Below, piece by piece: positions 44,905 to 54,267 of a stretch of DNA of 64,000 nucleotides; within the stretch, counting starts at the first letter, position 1, and each line of letters starts with the position of its first letter. A program made the position numbers and the translations under genes. Location: positions 1 to 64,000 of IMG/VR virus record IMGVR_UViG_3300021387_000334; one strand, written 5' to 3'. Source of the stretch: a virus. Taxonomy: Duplodnaviria; Caudoviricetes. Under the pieces are notes generated by a model, which was not told where the DNA came from, did not search any database, and worked only from the letters and a program-made list of their open reading frames with translations.

Positions 44905-45467
44905 TTCACCTTGATATATTTGTTGTACTCAATCTTGCAGCGTGGATTATGACTCACCACATAGACATTATACCCCTTCGTCCCCCAACGGAACCAGAGA
45001 AACCTATGCTTATACTCCCTGGTGACATAGGTCGTTAAAGAGTCCCGGACTTCACAATCAAGGACTCTTGACTTTAATTCGTATGAAAAAGAAAACCACT
45101 TATCACTATAAGCGAGTATAGAGTCATTCAAAGGCTGAAGGACAACAGTGTCACGGGTAGAGAGAAGAGTCTGATTCTCCGACTCTATCTGACTTACCCT
45201 TAACCTCAAGTCCCTGATCAGTTCCTTGTCGGCCAAAAGCTTCTTATAGTCCGTCCTGTCAACCTCAACGACACGCTCCTTCCAAACAGGAATACTGTCG
45301 TGAATGTAAAAGGTGTCTGCTCTCTGCCGGCTCTGAGCCAGCTGAACCTGCAAATCGCGAATCTCAGACCTCAAAGAACGGTTGGCCCTGTTCTCACAAC
45401 AAGACCAACCAAGTAGTACAAAAACTAAAACTAAACTAACTACTAACCAAAAACTAAGCTTATTCAT
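44901..45467 (-). CDS. membrane-anchored coiled-coil protein, spanin-like
   Basis: N-terminal hydrophobic segment ending in GWSC, then a coiled coil and an RFLWFRWG C-terminus. Confidence 0.5.
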   Translation of the reverse strand: MNKLSFWLVVSLVLVFVLLGWSCCENRANRSLRSEIRDLQVQLAQSRQRADTFYIHDSIPVWKERVVEVDRTDYKKLLADKELIRDLRLRVSQIESENQTLLSTRDTVVLQPLNDSILAYSDKWFSFSYELKSRVLDCEVRDSLTTYVTREYKHRFLWFRWGTKGYNVYVVSHNPRCKIEYNKYIKVK

Positions 45468-45477
45468 ATAACTATAA

Positions 45478-45774
45478 CTAAAACTTCTTAACGTACCCAA
45501 TAACAAAGTCTATCGACTTCAAAATCTCTTCAACGTCCATATCACGATTATCCAGATTACGCAGACACCTCTGACACTTGCGCAACATCGCCAGATGGTG
45601 ACGATTCTCCTGCACTGACACAAACTTATCCGTTGTACACAAGTCCGAACAGTGCATTACACCGCTGGAATCACCTACGGCAGCACAAGAGCAATAACCC
45701 CAACCGTCAGTATCTTCAAACTTGAACCAGCAACAGGCACCACAGACCTTCTCTATGCTATCTCCTTGTTCCAT
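45478..45774 (-). CDS. small Cys-rich protein
   Basis: CGACCW...C and HC..C motifs. Start at MEQG overlaps the upstream ORF end. Confidence 0.5.
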   Translation of the reverse strand: MEQGDSIEKVCGACCWFKFEDTDGWGYCSCAAVGDSSGVMHCSDLCTTDKFVSVQENRHHLAMLRKCQRCLRNLDNRDMDVEEILKSIDFVIGYVKKF

Positions 45775-46145
45775 CTGCCACTCTCGTTGTTCTTGTAATT
45801 CCTCACATACCTCCCAGTGTAACTTCTCTGACACCAAGACTTTGACTTCTTCAATCCCAAAGACCTCGCCTTGTTGTGAACCAATGTATTGCTCACGCCA
45901 AGATGATCGGCAATGTCACAACCTGCCATCGTACCATAATTATCCATCAGGTACTTCAACTCAGCATCAGTCCACATATGACCGGAACGACGAGGAGTCT
46001 TTGACAAGCCCAAAGACCGTGCCTTGGCACTCACCGCTGGAGCGGAAATGCCAAAATGTCTCGCTATGTCATCATTCGAATCGGTACAGAAATGCTCACA
46101 CAAGTAACGAATGTCATCGTCACTCCAAACTAACTTACTATTCAT
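45753..46145 (-). CDS. protein with two tandem W-T/S-x-x-(E/D)...LGL-K HTH-like repeats
   Basis: WSDDDIRYL...IARHFG...KARSLGLSK and WTDAELKYL...IADHLG...KARSLGLKK. Confidence 0.7.
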   Translation of the reverse strand: MNSKLVWSDDDIRYLCEHFCTDSNDDIARHFGISAPAVSAKARSLGLSKTPRRSGHMWTDAELKYLMDNYGTMAGCDIADHLGVSNTLVHNKARSLGLKKSKSWCQRSYTGRYVRNYKNNESGRWNKEIA

Positions 46146-46314
46146 GCCCTTACGGCGCGTATCTCTTGTCATTTTCTAAATTTTATGGTGGTCAATGTTA
46201 CTGAAAAGGGTGGTCAGTACCCCGGGGGTCGGGAAAAATCGTCGATGTGTCTGTACCTTTCTCTGCTGTACCTTGCGCGGGTGGTCGAGGCCCCGCCCCC
46301 CTTGGGGTCGCACC

Positions 46315-47067
46315 TCACCCCCCAATCACACCCCTTGCACGCCTGCGTTCCTCTGCGGTAGCGGCTTCCGAAATCTTCCCCAATACACCATCACCGCCAA
46401 ATACATCGCTCGAAATGTTAGGCTTCACGCCCATGTCGGTGTCTATCTGCTCGGTTGTCTTCGGTATCTCCGTACCTTTATTATCTCCACCCGTGAGGGA
46501 GGTTGCTCCGTCAAGTGCGCTTCCTGCCTGCATGATGGCGTTAGATGCGTTCTGCGCTGCGGTTGTGATGTTCTGTGCCCTTTGCATCTCCCTATTCATA
46601 TCCATCTGTGCATATTGCTGCTGCGCCCTTTGGTGCATTATGTCGGCATTACTTTTCCGTGCTTGGTCTGTGGCGGCTATATTGGCTATGGTGTCACCGA
46701 CCATCTTATTTCCCGCATCCTTGGCCATCTGTGCGGCTGATGCAGTGCCACCGCTGACCGCCTGCGCACCAGCAGCCTTGCGCCATTGCTCCTTCGCATA
46801 GTCCTTGGCACGTCTGACAAGGTTCTGCCCTGCTGCGGTATCAACATAGTCTTCATTATACCTCTTATTATACCATGCATCGTCCCTCGCTTCCTGCTTC
46901 CTCTGTCTTCTCTCTGCTGCGTTCGCTGCGGCAGAAGCCTTTGCACCGCCAAAGAGAGACGAGGCAAGTGCGCCTGCCGCACTGATGGCAGAGATAATCC
47001 ATTGTTTGTGTGAAGGAGCAAAACTGATGCCCATTCCTAACGGCTGATTTAATGCTTTTATGTTCAT
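46315..47067 (-). CDS. DNA pilot / ejection protein (Ala/Gln-rich, N-terminal hydrophobic Gly/Ala segment)
   Basis: IISAISAAGALASSLFGG followed by a coiled coil, with a late-type promoter. Confidence 0.65.
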   Translation of the reverse strand: MNIKALNQPLGMGISFAPSHKQWIISAISAAGALASSLFGGAKASAAANAAERRQRKQEARDDAWYNKRYNEDYVDTAAGQNLVRRAKDYAKEQWRKAAGAQAVSGGTASAAQMAKDAGNKMVGDTIANIAATDQARKSNADIMHQRAQQQYAQMDMNREMQRAQNITTAAQNASNAIMQAGSALDGATSLTGGDNKGTEIPKTTEQIDTDMGVKPNISSDVFGGDGVLGKISEAATAEERRRARGVIGG

Positions 47068-47196
47068 AATGTTACCTATTTGTTACTTTTTCTGTTAGTA
47101 AATGACCGAAAACCCTTTGTGACAGGGCGTTTCAGCGCATTTTGACTAATCCCACAAGGATTCGAACCCATGACGCTGACGGCCTTTTCATGCGGG

Positions 47197-47238
47197 CAAA
47201 GATAGATGGTTTTTGAAAATGTTGCTCCGTGTCGTTAC
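47197..47238 (-). promoter_or_regulatory. late-type promoter (GTAACGACACGG-N22-TATCTTTG)
   Basis: Motif at 47227-47238, -7 box at 47197-47204, both on the minus strand. Confidence 0.75.
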
Positions 47239-47523
47239 ATAACACTTTTTAACTAAAATGTGTTATCGTAGCGGAATGGCGCTCCTTTATGCAATCGTTT
47301 GCACACTATACACTTTGTCTTATTCGCTTACTTTTGTCCGTTTTTCGGAACAAATTAATTTACAGAAAGTTAGTCTAAAACGTCCACTATGGTCTATACA
47401 AAATTTCTGTCATATTATTTTATTTTCCAACAATAAATGTTAATGAATGTTGATATAACGTTTTCAAATGCAAATTTAAATTAAATCTTTAATGATTTTG
47501 GTATAACGTATTCAATTAATATA

Positions 47524-47616
47524 TATCTTTGCAAACGAAAAGCAGGGTCGGCTGCTTGAACAACGAGAACGGGGAACACCCCACCCACCTCCCAAAATAA
47601 GAGGTATTCTTTGACA
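47524..47616 (+). promoter_or_regulatory. early rightward promoter (-7 TATCTTTG at 47524-47531) with a boxA-like TTCTTTGACA at 47607-47616
   Basis: Bacteroidetes -7 consensus and resemblance to rrn boxA. Confidence 0.55.
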
Positions 47617-47969
47617 GACTGACAAGAAAGGATGATGCAGGGGACACCCACCCGCAGACGGAAACGGGAGACAAGCCCTAAGAGAGTTGGGCAGGAATAC
47701 GGGAAACGTGAGAGACAAGGTTTGGGCATTAATGGAGATTGATACGGATTTCCGCATCTTAGTAAGGTTATAGCGAACGGGCAACGGATAGAGGATAATG
47801 CAGCGACAAGGGAGCAAGAGACATGGTGTTGAGCATTAAAAGTCCTGGGGTTTCCTCTTCCTCTGTTGTAATGCGGCCAACTTATATAATAATAGGTTGA
47901 GAGTTCAAAGCCGTCTATAAACGCAGATGACAACAAGGATTTTTTATTCACTTTTAAATATTTACCAAT

Positions 47970-48750
47970 ATGAAAGATGTTATTATCAGTTATCGCCACA
48001 CTCTGGGCGATGTTGTTCTTCCCTGCTATGGTTGGGAGGTTGGTGCTATCTTAAGGAATCTTCTTTGTATGGCTATGAATGGTCACAAGTTCAGTAACGT
48101 AACGATTTCGAGAGTATGAGCACGGAGATTTACAAGGGCGTTGAGATACGCAGATACGGCACAGAGCCGGGCGAGGGCGTTTATCCTTTATGCTTCACCG
48201 ATGATTTGAGCGGCAGGAAATCTGTTAATTGTCAGATTCACGATGATTTATTTTCTGCTATGGCCTATATAGATTCATTTAAGGGTTAAGGATATGAAGA
48301 ACGATTTGAAGAGACAAGTAGAGCGGGGAGAGGTTTCTCTCCGTTCTGCTGCATACAGACTGATGCGTGCAGGCAAATGCACTTTCCTGCCGAATGACAG
48401 AGAGGTTATAAGATTGTTACACATTGTTATATAATTATAGGAGATTAACAGATTATGAGTGACAGAAAATGGCTTATATTGGGATGGGCACTGATGATTA
48501 TCGGTGCAATCCTTTTTATTGTGGGTGTTATCGGGATGGTTCATCACTTTTCGGGTTCTCCATCCCTTGTTTATCAGTTTTTATCAAATAGGTTATGAGA
48601 CTGACAAAGAAAGAGAAAGAGCAGGTTTATGAGGCGGTTGCGTATTATGATGATTTGGCACAAGCCAACAAGACAGACCGCACACCCGATGAGATTGAAG
48701 TGATTCACCAGGCATTTCTTAAATTGCGAATGGAGGTGAAAGGATATTAG
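47970..48750 (+). other. cluster of very small early ORFs (e.g. 47970-48119, 48116 onward)
   Basis: Short, ATGA-coupled open frames below the 60-aa track cut-off. Confidence 0.5.
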
Positions 48751-48833
48751 GGCAAATCCGTTAAAGGCGGTCAAGGGAGGTTCGATGCTTCCCTGCCTGC
48801 AAATTTTAAGTTTAACTAATATTATTTTGAGTT

Positions 48834-49517
48834 ATGAAGAATTTACCTATTAGTTGTTGGGCGGCTGAAGATATTCCATCCAACAAGGCCGGAAATCTTG
48901 GCTACGATGCGTTAAGCAATGCGGAGTTACTTTCTATCATCATCGGTAGCGGCAATCGTGATTTGAACGCAGTTGAGTTGTCACGGCACATTCTTTCTTT
49001 GTGCGACAATAATCTCAACTCCCTTGCACGCATTAATCAGCGTGATTTGCTTTGCCTTTCGGGGATGGGTCAAGTCAAGGTGGCAAGGATTATGGCTGCT
49101 ATGGAATTGGGCAGGAGAAGAAAGGACGAGAAAGAGCAGGAGAAGCCAAGACTTAATAATGCTCTGTCGATTTATAATCATTTCTCGTTTTTGGGCGATG
49201 TTGATATAGAAGAGTTTCATATTAGTCTCTTAAATCAGAATTGCAATGTGATAAAGGACGTTAGAATATCATACGGGGGACTTACAGAGACCGCAGTTGA
49301 CGTGCGAATCATCATGAGGGAGTGTGTTGTCAATAACGCTACAACCTTGGTCTGTGTTCACAATCATCCGTCAGGATCTCTGTCACCATCAAAGGTCGAT
49401 TGCGATTTAACCAATGTTATCGGGAAAGCATGTGACATTATGCGCATCAGATTGCTTGACCATGTTATCATAGGTCACGGGAACTATTATTCATTTCACG
49501 AAAATGGCAGAATTTAA
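48834..49517 (+). CDS. radC: RadC-family JAB domain protein
   Basis: LSNAELLSIIIGSG (N-domain), EEF...N, HNHPSG...S..D and LLDHVII. Confidence 0.92.
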   Translation: MKNLPISCWAAEDIPSNKAGNLGYDALSNAELLSIIIGSGNRDLNAVELSRHILSLCDNNLNSLARINQRDLLCLSGMGQVKVARIMAAMELGRRRKDEKEQEKPRLNNALSIYNHFSFLGDVDIEEFHISLLNQNCNVIKDVRISYGGLTETAVDVRIIMRECVVNNATTLVCVHNHPSGSLSPSKVDCDLTNVIGKACDIMRIRLLDHVIIGHGNYYSFHENGRI

Positions 49518-49535
49518 ATTATAGGAGGTTTTATT

Positions 49536-49754
49536 ATGGCAATGACAAACAGAGAAATGTTAGAGAGTGCGTTGAAGAGAGTAAACGCAAAAGCAGGAAC
49601 TAACGGCAAATTGTATCACGACAACACTGGATGGTTTATCCGTAATCTTCCTTATAAGGAATCAAGATTATTTGATGAATCGTCCATGAGCGCAGGCGAG
49701 TTGCTTGCGTATCTGCATGGGATAGAGGATGCACTAAATTTCAAGGAGGTGTGA
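49536..49754 (+). CDS. hypothetical early protein
   Basis: Tightly packed early-operon ORF with GGAGG upstream. Confidence 0.6.
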   Translation: MAMTNREMLESALKRVNAKAGTNGKLYHDNTGWFIRNLPYKESRLFDESSMSAGELLAYLHGIEDALNFKEV

Positions 49755-50008
49755 TTATGATTACAAAGAATTTTATTCTAACAGACAAAGGTCGTAAGGC
49801 TGGGTATACTATTGATAATATCGTTCGTGAGGTTGACCATATAGTGTGTGCAACCGAGTATGACATTTACGGGCAAAGTTCGCTTTACGCAAATAGTTAT
49901 TTTAAAGATAACTGCCTTGTTGGTGTACGTATTTCTGCTGATGACGAAAGAGAAATTGATGCTTTTGTTAAGCATATGGTTAAACATGAATATTTAAAGG
50001 AGGATTGA
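49751..50008 (+). CDS. hypothetical early protein
   Basis: Overlap-coupled to its neighbours. Confidence 0.55.
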   Translation: MIMITKNFILTDKGRKAGYTIDNIVREVDHIVCATEYDIYGQSSLYANSYFKDNCLVGVRISADDEREIDAFVKHMVKHEYLKED

Positions 50009-50190
50009 TTATGGCACGTACATTCTACGGAGAACAGATAAAGGTCTTGACAAAGGCTGTGGAGTTATGCAAAGAAGGGGGCTGTGATGGAGCAGTTCCC
50101 TTTATCATCAATCGTATAAGATGGATGCAGCGTAACGATTGGGAAATGTCAGAACCGAGTAATAAACCATCAAATTATGTAAGATTATGA
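50005..50190 (+). CDS. hypothetical early protein
   Basis: Overlap-coupled to the upstream ORF. Confidence 0.5.
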   Translation: MIMARTFYGEQIKVLTKAVELCKEGGCDGAVPFIINRIRWMQRNDWEMSEPSNKPSNYVRL

Positions 50191-50323
50191 TTTACAGAGA
50201 TTTTAATGTCCGTATAGATAATTCGTTTTATCGTGATGGGCAACACGCAGTCAGTATCAGCAGAAGTGGCTGCAAACATTGGTTTGACACATTTACAATG
50301 GCAATTAAATTTATTAGAGCATT

Positions 50324-50740
50324 ATGAGCACAGAAGTATTAGAAAAGACCAACGCAGTTGACCTGCAACCATTGGCAGAGTTCATCAACGATGAGATTTT
50401 AGACATCGTTGACGAAGAGAGTATGACCGCAGAGAGATTTGCTCAAATAGTACAGATTATCGGGAACAGAGTTCGTTTCTGTTCCCGTAACAAGGTGACC
50501 GATTTCTCTTTTAAGATGGGCGGCAAGGAATATGCAGTCCGAGTTAATAACCATCACAAAGGCTTTGTTTCTGTCACCAACGAGGACGGAGACACGGGGT
50601 TGAGCGAAACGGAGTTCTATCCGTTCTTTGAGAACGAAGACGGATGGTTCGCAGGTCTCTGCAACCTTGCACAGATGATAAACGAAGCGTGGTATCTTTG
50701 TACGGATAAAGGCGACAATCTTGGAGGAAGAGTGATATGA
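50324..50740 (+). CDS. hypothetical early protein
   Basis: 138-aa ORF, coupled to the next ORF. Confidence 0.6.
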   Translation: MSTEVLEKTNAVDLQPLAEFINDEILDIVDEESMTAERFAQIVQIIGNRVRFCSRNKVTDFSFKMGGKEYAVRVNNHHKGFVSVTNEDGDTGLSETEFYPFFENEDGWFAGLCNLAQMINEAWYLCTDKGDNLGGRVI

Positions 50741-50985
50741 AAATAGAGATTAAGTATATCTTCGAGTGTAAGGATGGCTTTAAGTTCGTCCGTGACACAT
50801 TTGACGAGATTAGGCAGATTGTTGACGATAATTACAGAGCCTTGCAGGATATGGCGAGGAATGGTGATTCAGTTAACATGACGATGGACTATAACAACAA
50901 GTATTTTCCCAAGGCAAGTATTTCGGCTTGCATTGGGGGAACTTGGAAGTATTACGAACTCCGCACAGAAGTTACGGAGATTTAA
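50737..50985 (+). CDS. hypothetical early protein
   Basis: ATGA overlap with the upstream ORF. Confidence 0.55.
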   Translation: MKIEIKYIFECKDGFKFVRDTFDEIRQIVDDNYRALQDMARNGDSVNMTMDYNNKYFPKASISACIGGTWKYYELRTEVTEI

Positions 50986-50987
50986 TG

Positions 50988-51031
50988 ACCCTGCATGGTG
51001 CTTGCGTAGGTTCGACTCCTGCGCAGGGTAC
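50988..51031 (+). ncRNA. tRNA top-half mimic (acceptor stem plus T-arm)
   Basis: ACCCTGC/GCAGGGT 7 bp, GTAGG-TTCGACT-CCTGC T-arm, 11-nt linker. Confidence 0.6.
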
Positions 51032-51062
51032 GATTTATTGTTTAATTTTAAGTATATCAGTT

Positions 51063-51392
51063 ATGGACTACAATCAGTTTCAACCCGTAGAGGACATGAG
51101 CGAGGTAACTCATATCTTCAAGCAGATTTTCGATGGAAAGAAATCATTTGGCACAGACACCGCCAAGATGGGATTCTTCCATGAACAGATGATGGCGGCA
51201 AAGGTCGAGGGCAATCAGATTATCTTCGCCCTGCCGTTCAATGGCCCTATGCTCAAGTTACGTGAGATTCTTGAAAAGGCTCACTACAACAAGACCGACT
51301 CTATCATGGTCACTTGTGATGTCAATGACGACAACACGATTCTGACCGCTACGTTCTATTCCAAGGAGTACAAACTATTCATGGATTTTTAA
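51063..51392 (+). CDS. hypothetical early protein
   Basis: ATG51063 after an AT-rich spacer. Confidence 0.6.
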   Translation: MDYNQFQPVEDMSEVTHIFKQIFDGKKSFGTDTAKMGFFHEQMMAAKVEGNQIIFALPFNGPMLKLREILEKAHYNKTDSIMVTCDVNDDNTILTATFYSKEYKLFMDF

Positions 51393-51394
51393 TT

Positions 51395-51775
51395 ATGAGT
51401 TTCAAGGAGATTATCAAAGCCCATCTTGATAAGATGGCAGAGCAGGACGAGGCATTTGCAGCCCGCTATGCTCTTGAAAGTAAGAGTTTGGACGCTTGCG
51501 TCAAGTATATCTTTTCCGAGGCACAGAAGCAGAAGTCAGGCAATTGTGCCGCTATCGAGGATGTAGTCGTGTATGGCTGGGCAGTCCACTACTACCAAGA
51601 GGATAACTTGATGATAGATGATGTCAAGGCCAAGGTTAAACATTCGTCCGACACCAAGCCAAAGGCAGAGAAGAAGCCCAAGGAGGTTAAGGAGATTAAG
51701 CCCATCAAGGCTCTTGTCAAGGATAAGAAGCATGATGACAAGTGTGTTCAGTTGGATTTATTTGGAGAATTCTGA
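51395..51775 (+). CDS. PcfK-like family protein
   Basis: IKAHLDKMAEQD...KSLDACVKYI..EAQK...VVYGWAVHYYQED, ending QLDLF. Confidence 0.85.
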   Translation: MSFKEIIKAHLDKMAEQDEAFAARYALESKSLDACVKYIFSEAQKQKSGNCAAIEDVVVYGWAVHYYQEDNLMIDDVKAKVKHSSDTKPKAEKKPKEVKEIKPIKALVKDKKHDDKCVQLDLFGEF

Positions 51776-51777
51776 TT

Positions 51778-52962
51778 ATGAAAGCAAGAAACAAGTTTGA
51801 AAAGAGGGCTGCAGAGGTTAATGCCGTCCTCTCCGAGGATATTGCAGTCGCTGATTTGGAGTGGGCAAAGCATCTTGATTTGGATGGCTCTCCCTACGTC
51901 TACTTTACCATCTTCAGCAATATCTGTGAGTTTGAGGTTAATAGGGTCTATCGTCTGTATCGATACGATGATAAGTCCACCTCGCATTTCTTCTGCGTGG
52001 AGATTCTGCGAGAGTTCTCTGATGGCGAGAAGAAAGCCTATTTCAGCAAGAACCGCTTCGGAATGGGTGTCAGCTACTACGATTGCTTCTCGTTCGGCTC
52101 AGACATTGTTCTGAAAGACAATCGGAAGAACTATGCCGGCAATATGCTTTCCTATCTGATGGACTACTCCGTCGGCTCCCATGCTGAGAGTGACGGCAGT
52201 AGGGTGAAGTGCGAGCATAGAGACCCCAAGGAACTTGCACGCATCATCTGCAACAACCCCGTGGCCGAGACCATGTATAAGGAGAATAACCCGATGTTCC
52301 GCCATCTGATGCACCGCACATATCTGAAAGAGACCTGCCGAGCATACACCATAGCCAGGAGGCACGGCTTCGTGTTCGATGATTACTCCATCCCCCTTTG
52401 GCTCGATATGGTCTACGCCATCATCATCTGCAAGAAAGATTGGCACAATCCTGTCTACATAGCCCCCAAGGATTTGTTGGCTAACCATGACCGATTCATC
52501 CGCATGATGATACGCAAGGAGCAGGAGAACAAGCTGGCCAAGGAGTACCGTAGACTCGAAAATGAGCGCAAGCAGCATAAGGCTTTGGACGAGCTTTACG
52601 TGGAGAAGCGGAAGAAGTTCTTCGGCATGATTCTCGAAAGCGGAAGTCTGAGGATCCATGTTCTGCAAAGCGTTGACGAGTTCATGGATGAGGGCACACA
52701 GATGGAGCATTGCGTCTACAAGTGCCGCTATTGGGACATGAAGCAGCACCCTCATTCGCTGATTATGTCGGCCACCATCGGAGGCAACAGATGTGAGACA
52801 ATTGAGGTTGACTTGAAAACCTACACGATTGCCCAGTGCTACGGCAAGCATGACCTATTCACCAACTACCATCAGCAGATTGTTGATTTCGTCAACTCTC
52901 AGATGGACGTTATCAAGGCATATAACGAGAACAGAAAACGACAACTTAAAAAGGTAGCATGA
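51778..52962 (+). CDS. PcfJ-like family protein
   Basis: WLDMV...P.DL..NHD and DEGTQMEHCV...ETIEVDL...QCYGKH motifs, directly after the PcfK-like gene. Confidence 0.85.
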   Translation: MKARNKFEKRAAEVNAVLSEDIAVADLEWAKHLDLDGSPYVYFTIFSNICEFEVNRVYRLYRYDDKSTSHFFCVEILREFSDGEKKAYFSKNRFGMGVSYYDCFSFGSDIVLKDNRKNYAGNMLSYLMDYSVGSHAESDGSRVKCEHRDPKELARIICNNPVAETMYKENNPMFRHLMHRTYLKETCRAYTIARRHGFVFDDYSIPLWLDMVYAIIICKKDWHNPVYIAPKDLLANHDRFIRMMIRKEQENKLAKEYRRLENERKQHKALDELYVEKRKKFFGMILESGSLRIHVLQSVDEFMDEGTQMEHCVYKCRYWDMKQHPHSLIMSATIGGNRCETIEVDLKTYTIAQCYGKHDLFTNYHQQIVDFVNSQMDVIKAYNENRKRQLKKVA

Positions 52963-53131
52963 CTATGAAGCGACTCATTATGACCATCCTCATCATCCTC
53001 TTTTTCCTCATCGGACTATTGAGCTGAACTGATAGCGATAAATAGCGATTAATATACGGCTATTTATCGCTACCTATACAATAAATTGAAATCGTTATAC
53101 GTTATTTAAATGGTATGAAACAATTCTGAAT

Positions 53132-53530
53132 ATGGAAGAAAATAAAGTATTCTCCAAGTCCGTCCTCATGAAGGATGGCACGGAACAATCGATCGAAGCA
53201 ACCCGAAACGATATGGAAGCTTGGCTGAAAGAACACCGGAAGGCCAAGTACATCTGTCCTGACGATAAAGAACTATTTGAGCGTTATGCACACCTCTACG
53301 AAATGTACTACAACAAGACCCACCCCAAGCCAAAGGGTACAAGGGGTGGAGCGCGTGAGGGAGCAGGACGCAAGCCGAAAGGCGTTACAGAAAGACTACA
53401 CTACGGATGGCGCGTCAGCCGTGACGTTTGGGAAATCCTGCAAAGACAGGATAACAAGACAGACTTTATCGAGAGTGCCATAAGAGCCTACGACAGAGCC
53501 ATGCGTAACAGAAGAGGGGATGGTATCTAA
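53132..53530 (+). CDS. hypothetical DNA-binding protein (RGGAREGAGRKP, RHH-like C-terminus)
   Basis: GTRGGAREGAGRKPK...NKTDFIESAIR. Confidence 0.65.
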   Translation: MEENKVFSKSVLMKDGTEQSIEATRNDMEAWLKEHRKAKYICPDDKELFERYAHLYEMYYNKTHPKPKGTRGGAREGAGRKPKGVTERLHYGWRVSRDVWEILQRQDNKTDFIESAIRAYDRAMRNRRGDGI

Positions 53531-53545
53531 GCCATCCCCTTTTTT
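53514..53545 (+). terminator. intrinsic terminator
   Basis: AGGGGATGG-N9-CCATCCCCT-TTTTT. Confidence 0.7.
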
Positions 53546-53802
53546 GTGCCTATCATTTTCGTGACCTTACGAAAATGATTCAAATACTTTTAAAGAATCT
53601 TAAAAGATTGCACAGAATGATGTAACTTACTGATTTTCTGTGTATCTTTGCACCATCCTAATTTTATCGTAAATGAAACAGAACAATTTTTTAATCAACA
53701 TTGCACGGCTGGTGTGGGTATCGGAAACGACCCAATGCGCCACGATAACGCATAGGACACCTGTGCCGTGCATATTTTATTCATCCTTTAATTTATCGTA
53801 TT

Positions 53803-54105
53803 ATGTTAAGTTCAAAGTTAATCATCGCTCTTTGCGACACTGACGAAGAAGTCAACAAGTTCGTCCACATCAATCATCACGATTCCTTAGTCCCCTACAT
53901 GAGGGATTTCTGCCTTGGCTACGACCATCTGTGCGGAACACCTATTGCGGAAGGGAAGTATCTCATGACTGACGTTTCACTTGCAGGCATCACGCCCGAT
54001 GTCCTCTTCGAGCGCACCCGCAAGGCTCATGGCCGAACCTACACAGACCGCTATTACGGCTATCTAATGGAGGACATGCAGCCGAAGAACTTGTTTGAAA
54101 AGTAG
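53803..54105 (+). CDS. hypothetical protein behind a structured leader
   Basis: 100-aa ORF with its own -7 box at 53643-53650 and a terminator at 54152-54186. Confidence 0.55.
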   Translation: MLSSKLIIALCDTDEEVNKFVHINHHDSLVPYMRDFCLGYDHLCGTPIAEGKYLMTDVSLAGITPDVLFERTRKAHGRTYTDRYYGYLMEDMQPKNLFEK

Positions 54106-54267
54106 TACCACCCACTTGATTAAGACCCATTATGCAGAGTGCAGTCGGGATGGGGGGCTGAGAGAAATCTCCGTCCCCCTTTTTTGTGTCCCAATGCCAA
54201 AGTTTACGGAGCGATTCCAAGATTTTACGACTTCCGGCATCTCCGTAAACTTTTTCTTTACGATGAC

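Noticed and set aside
45421-45486. AAACT-rich low-complexity repeat
   Set aside because: Explained by Val/Leu/Phe codons of the transmembrane segment on the minus strand.
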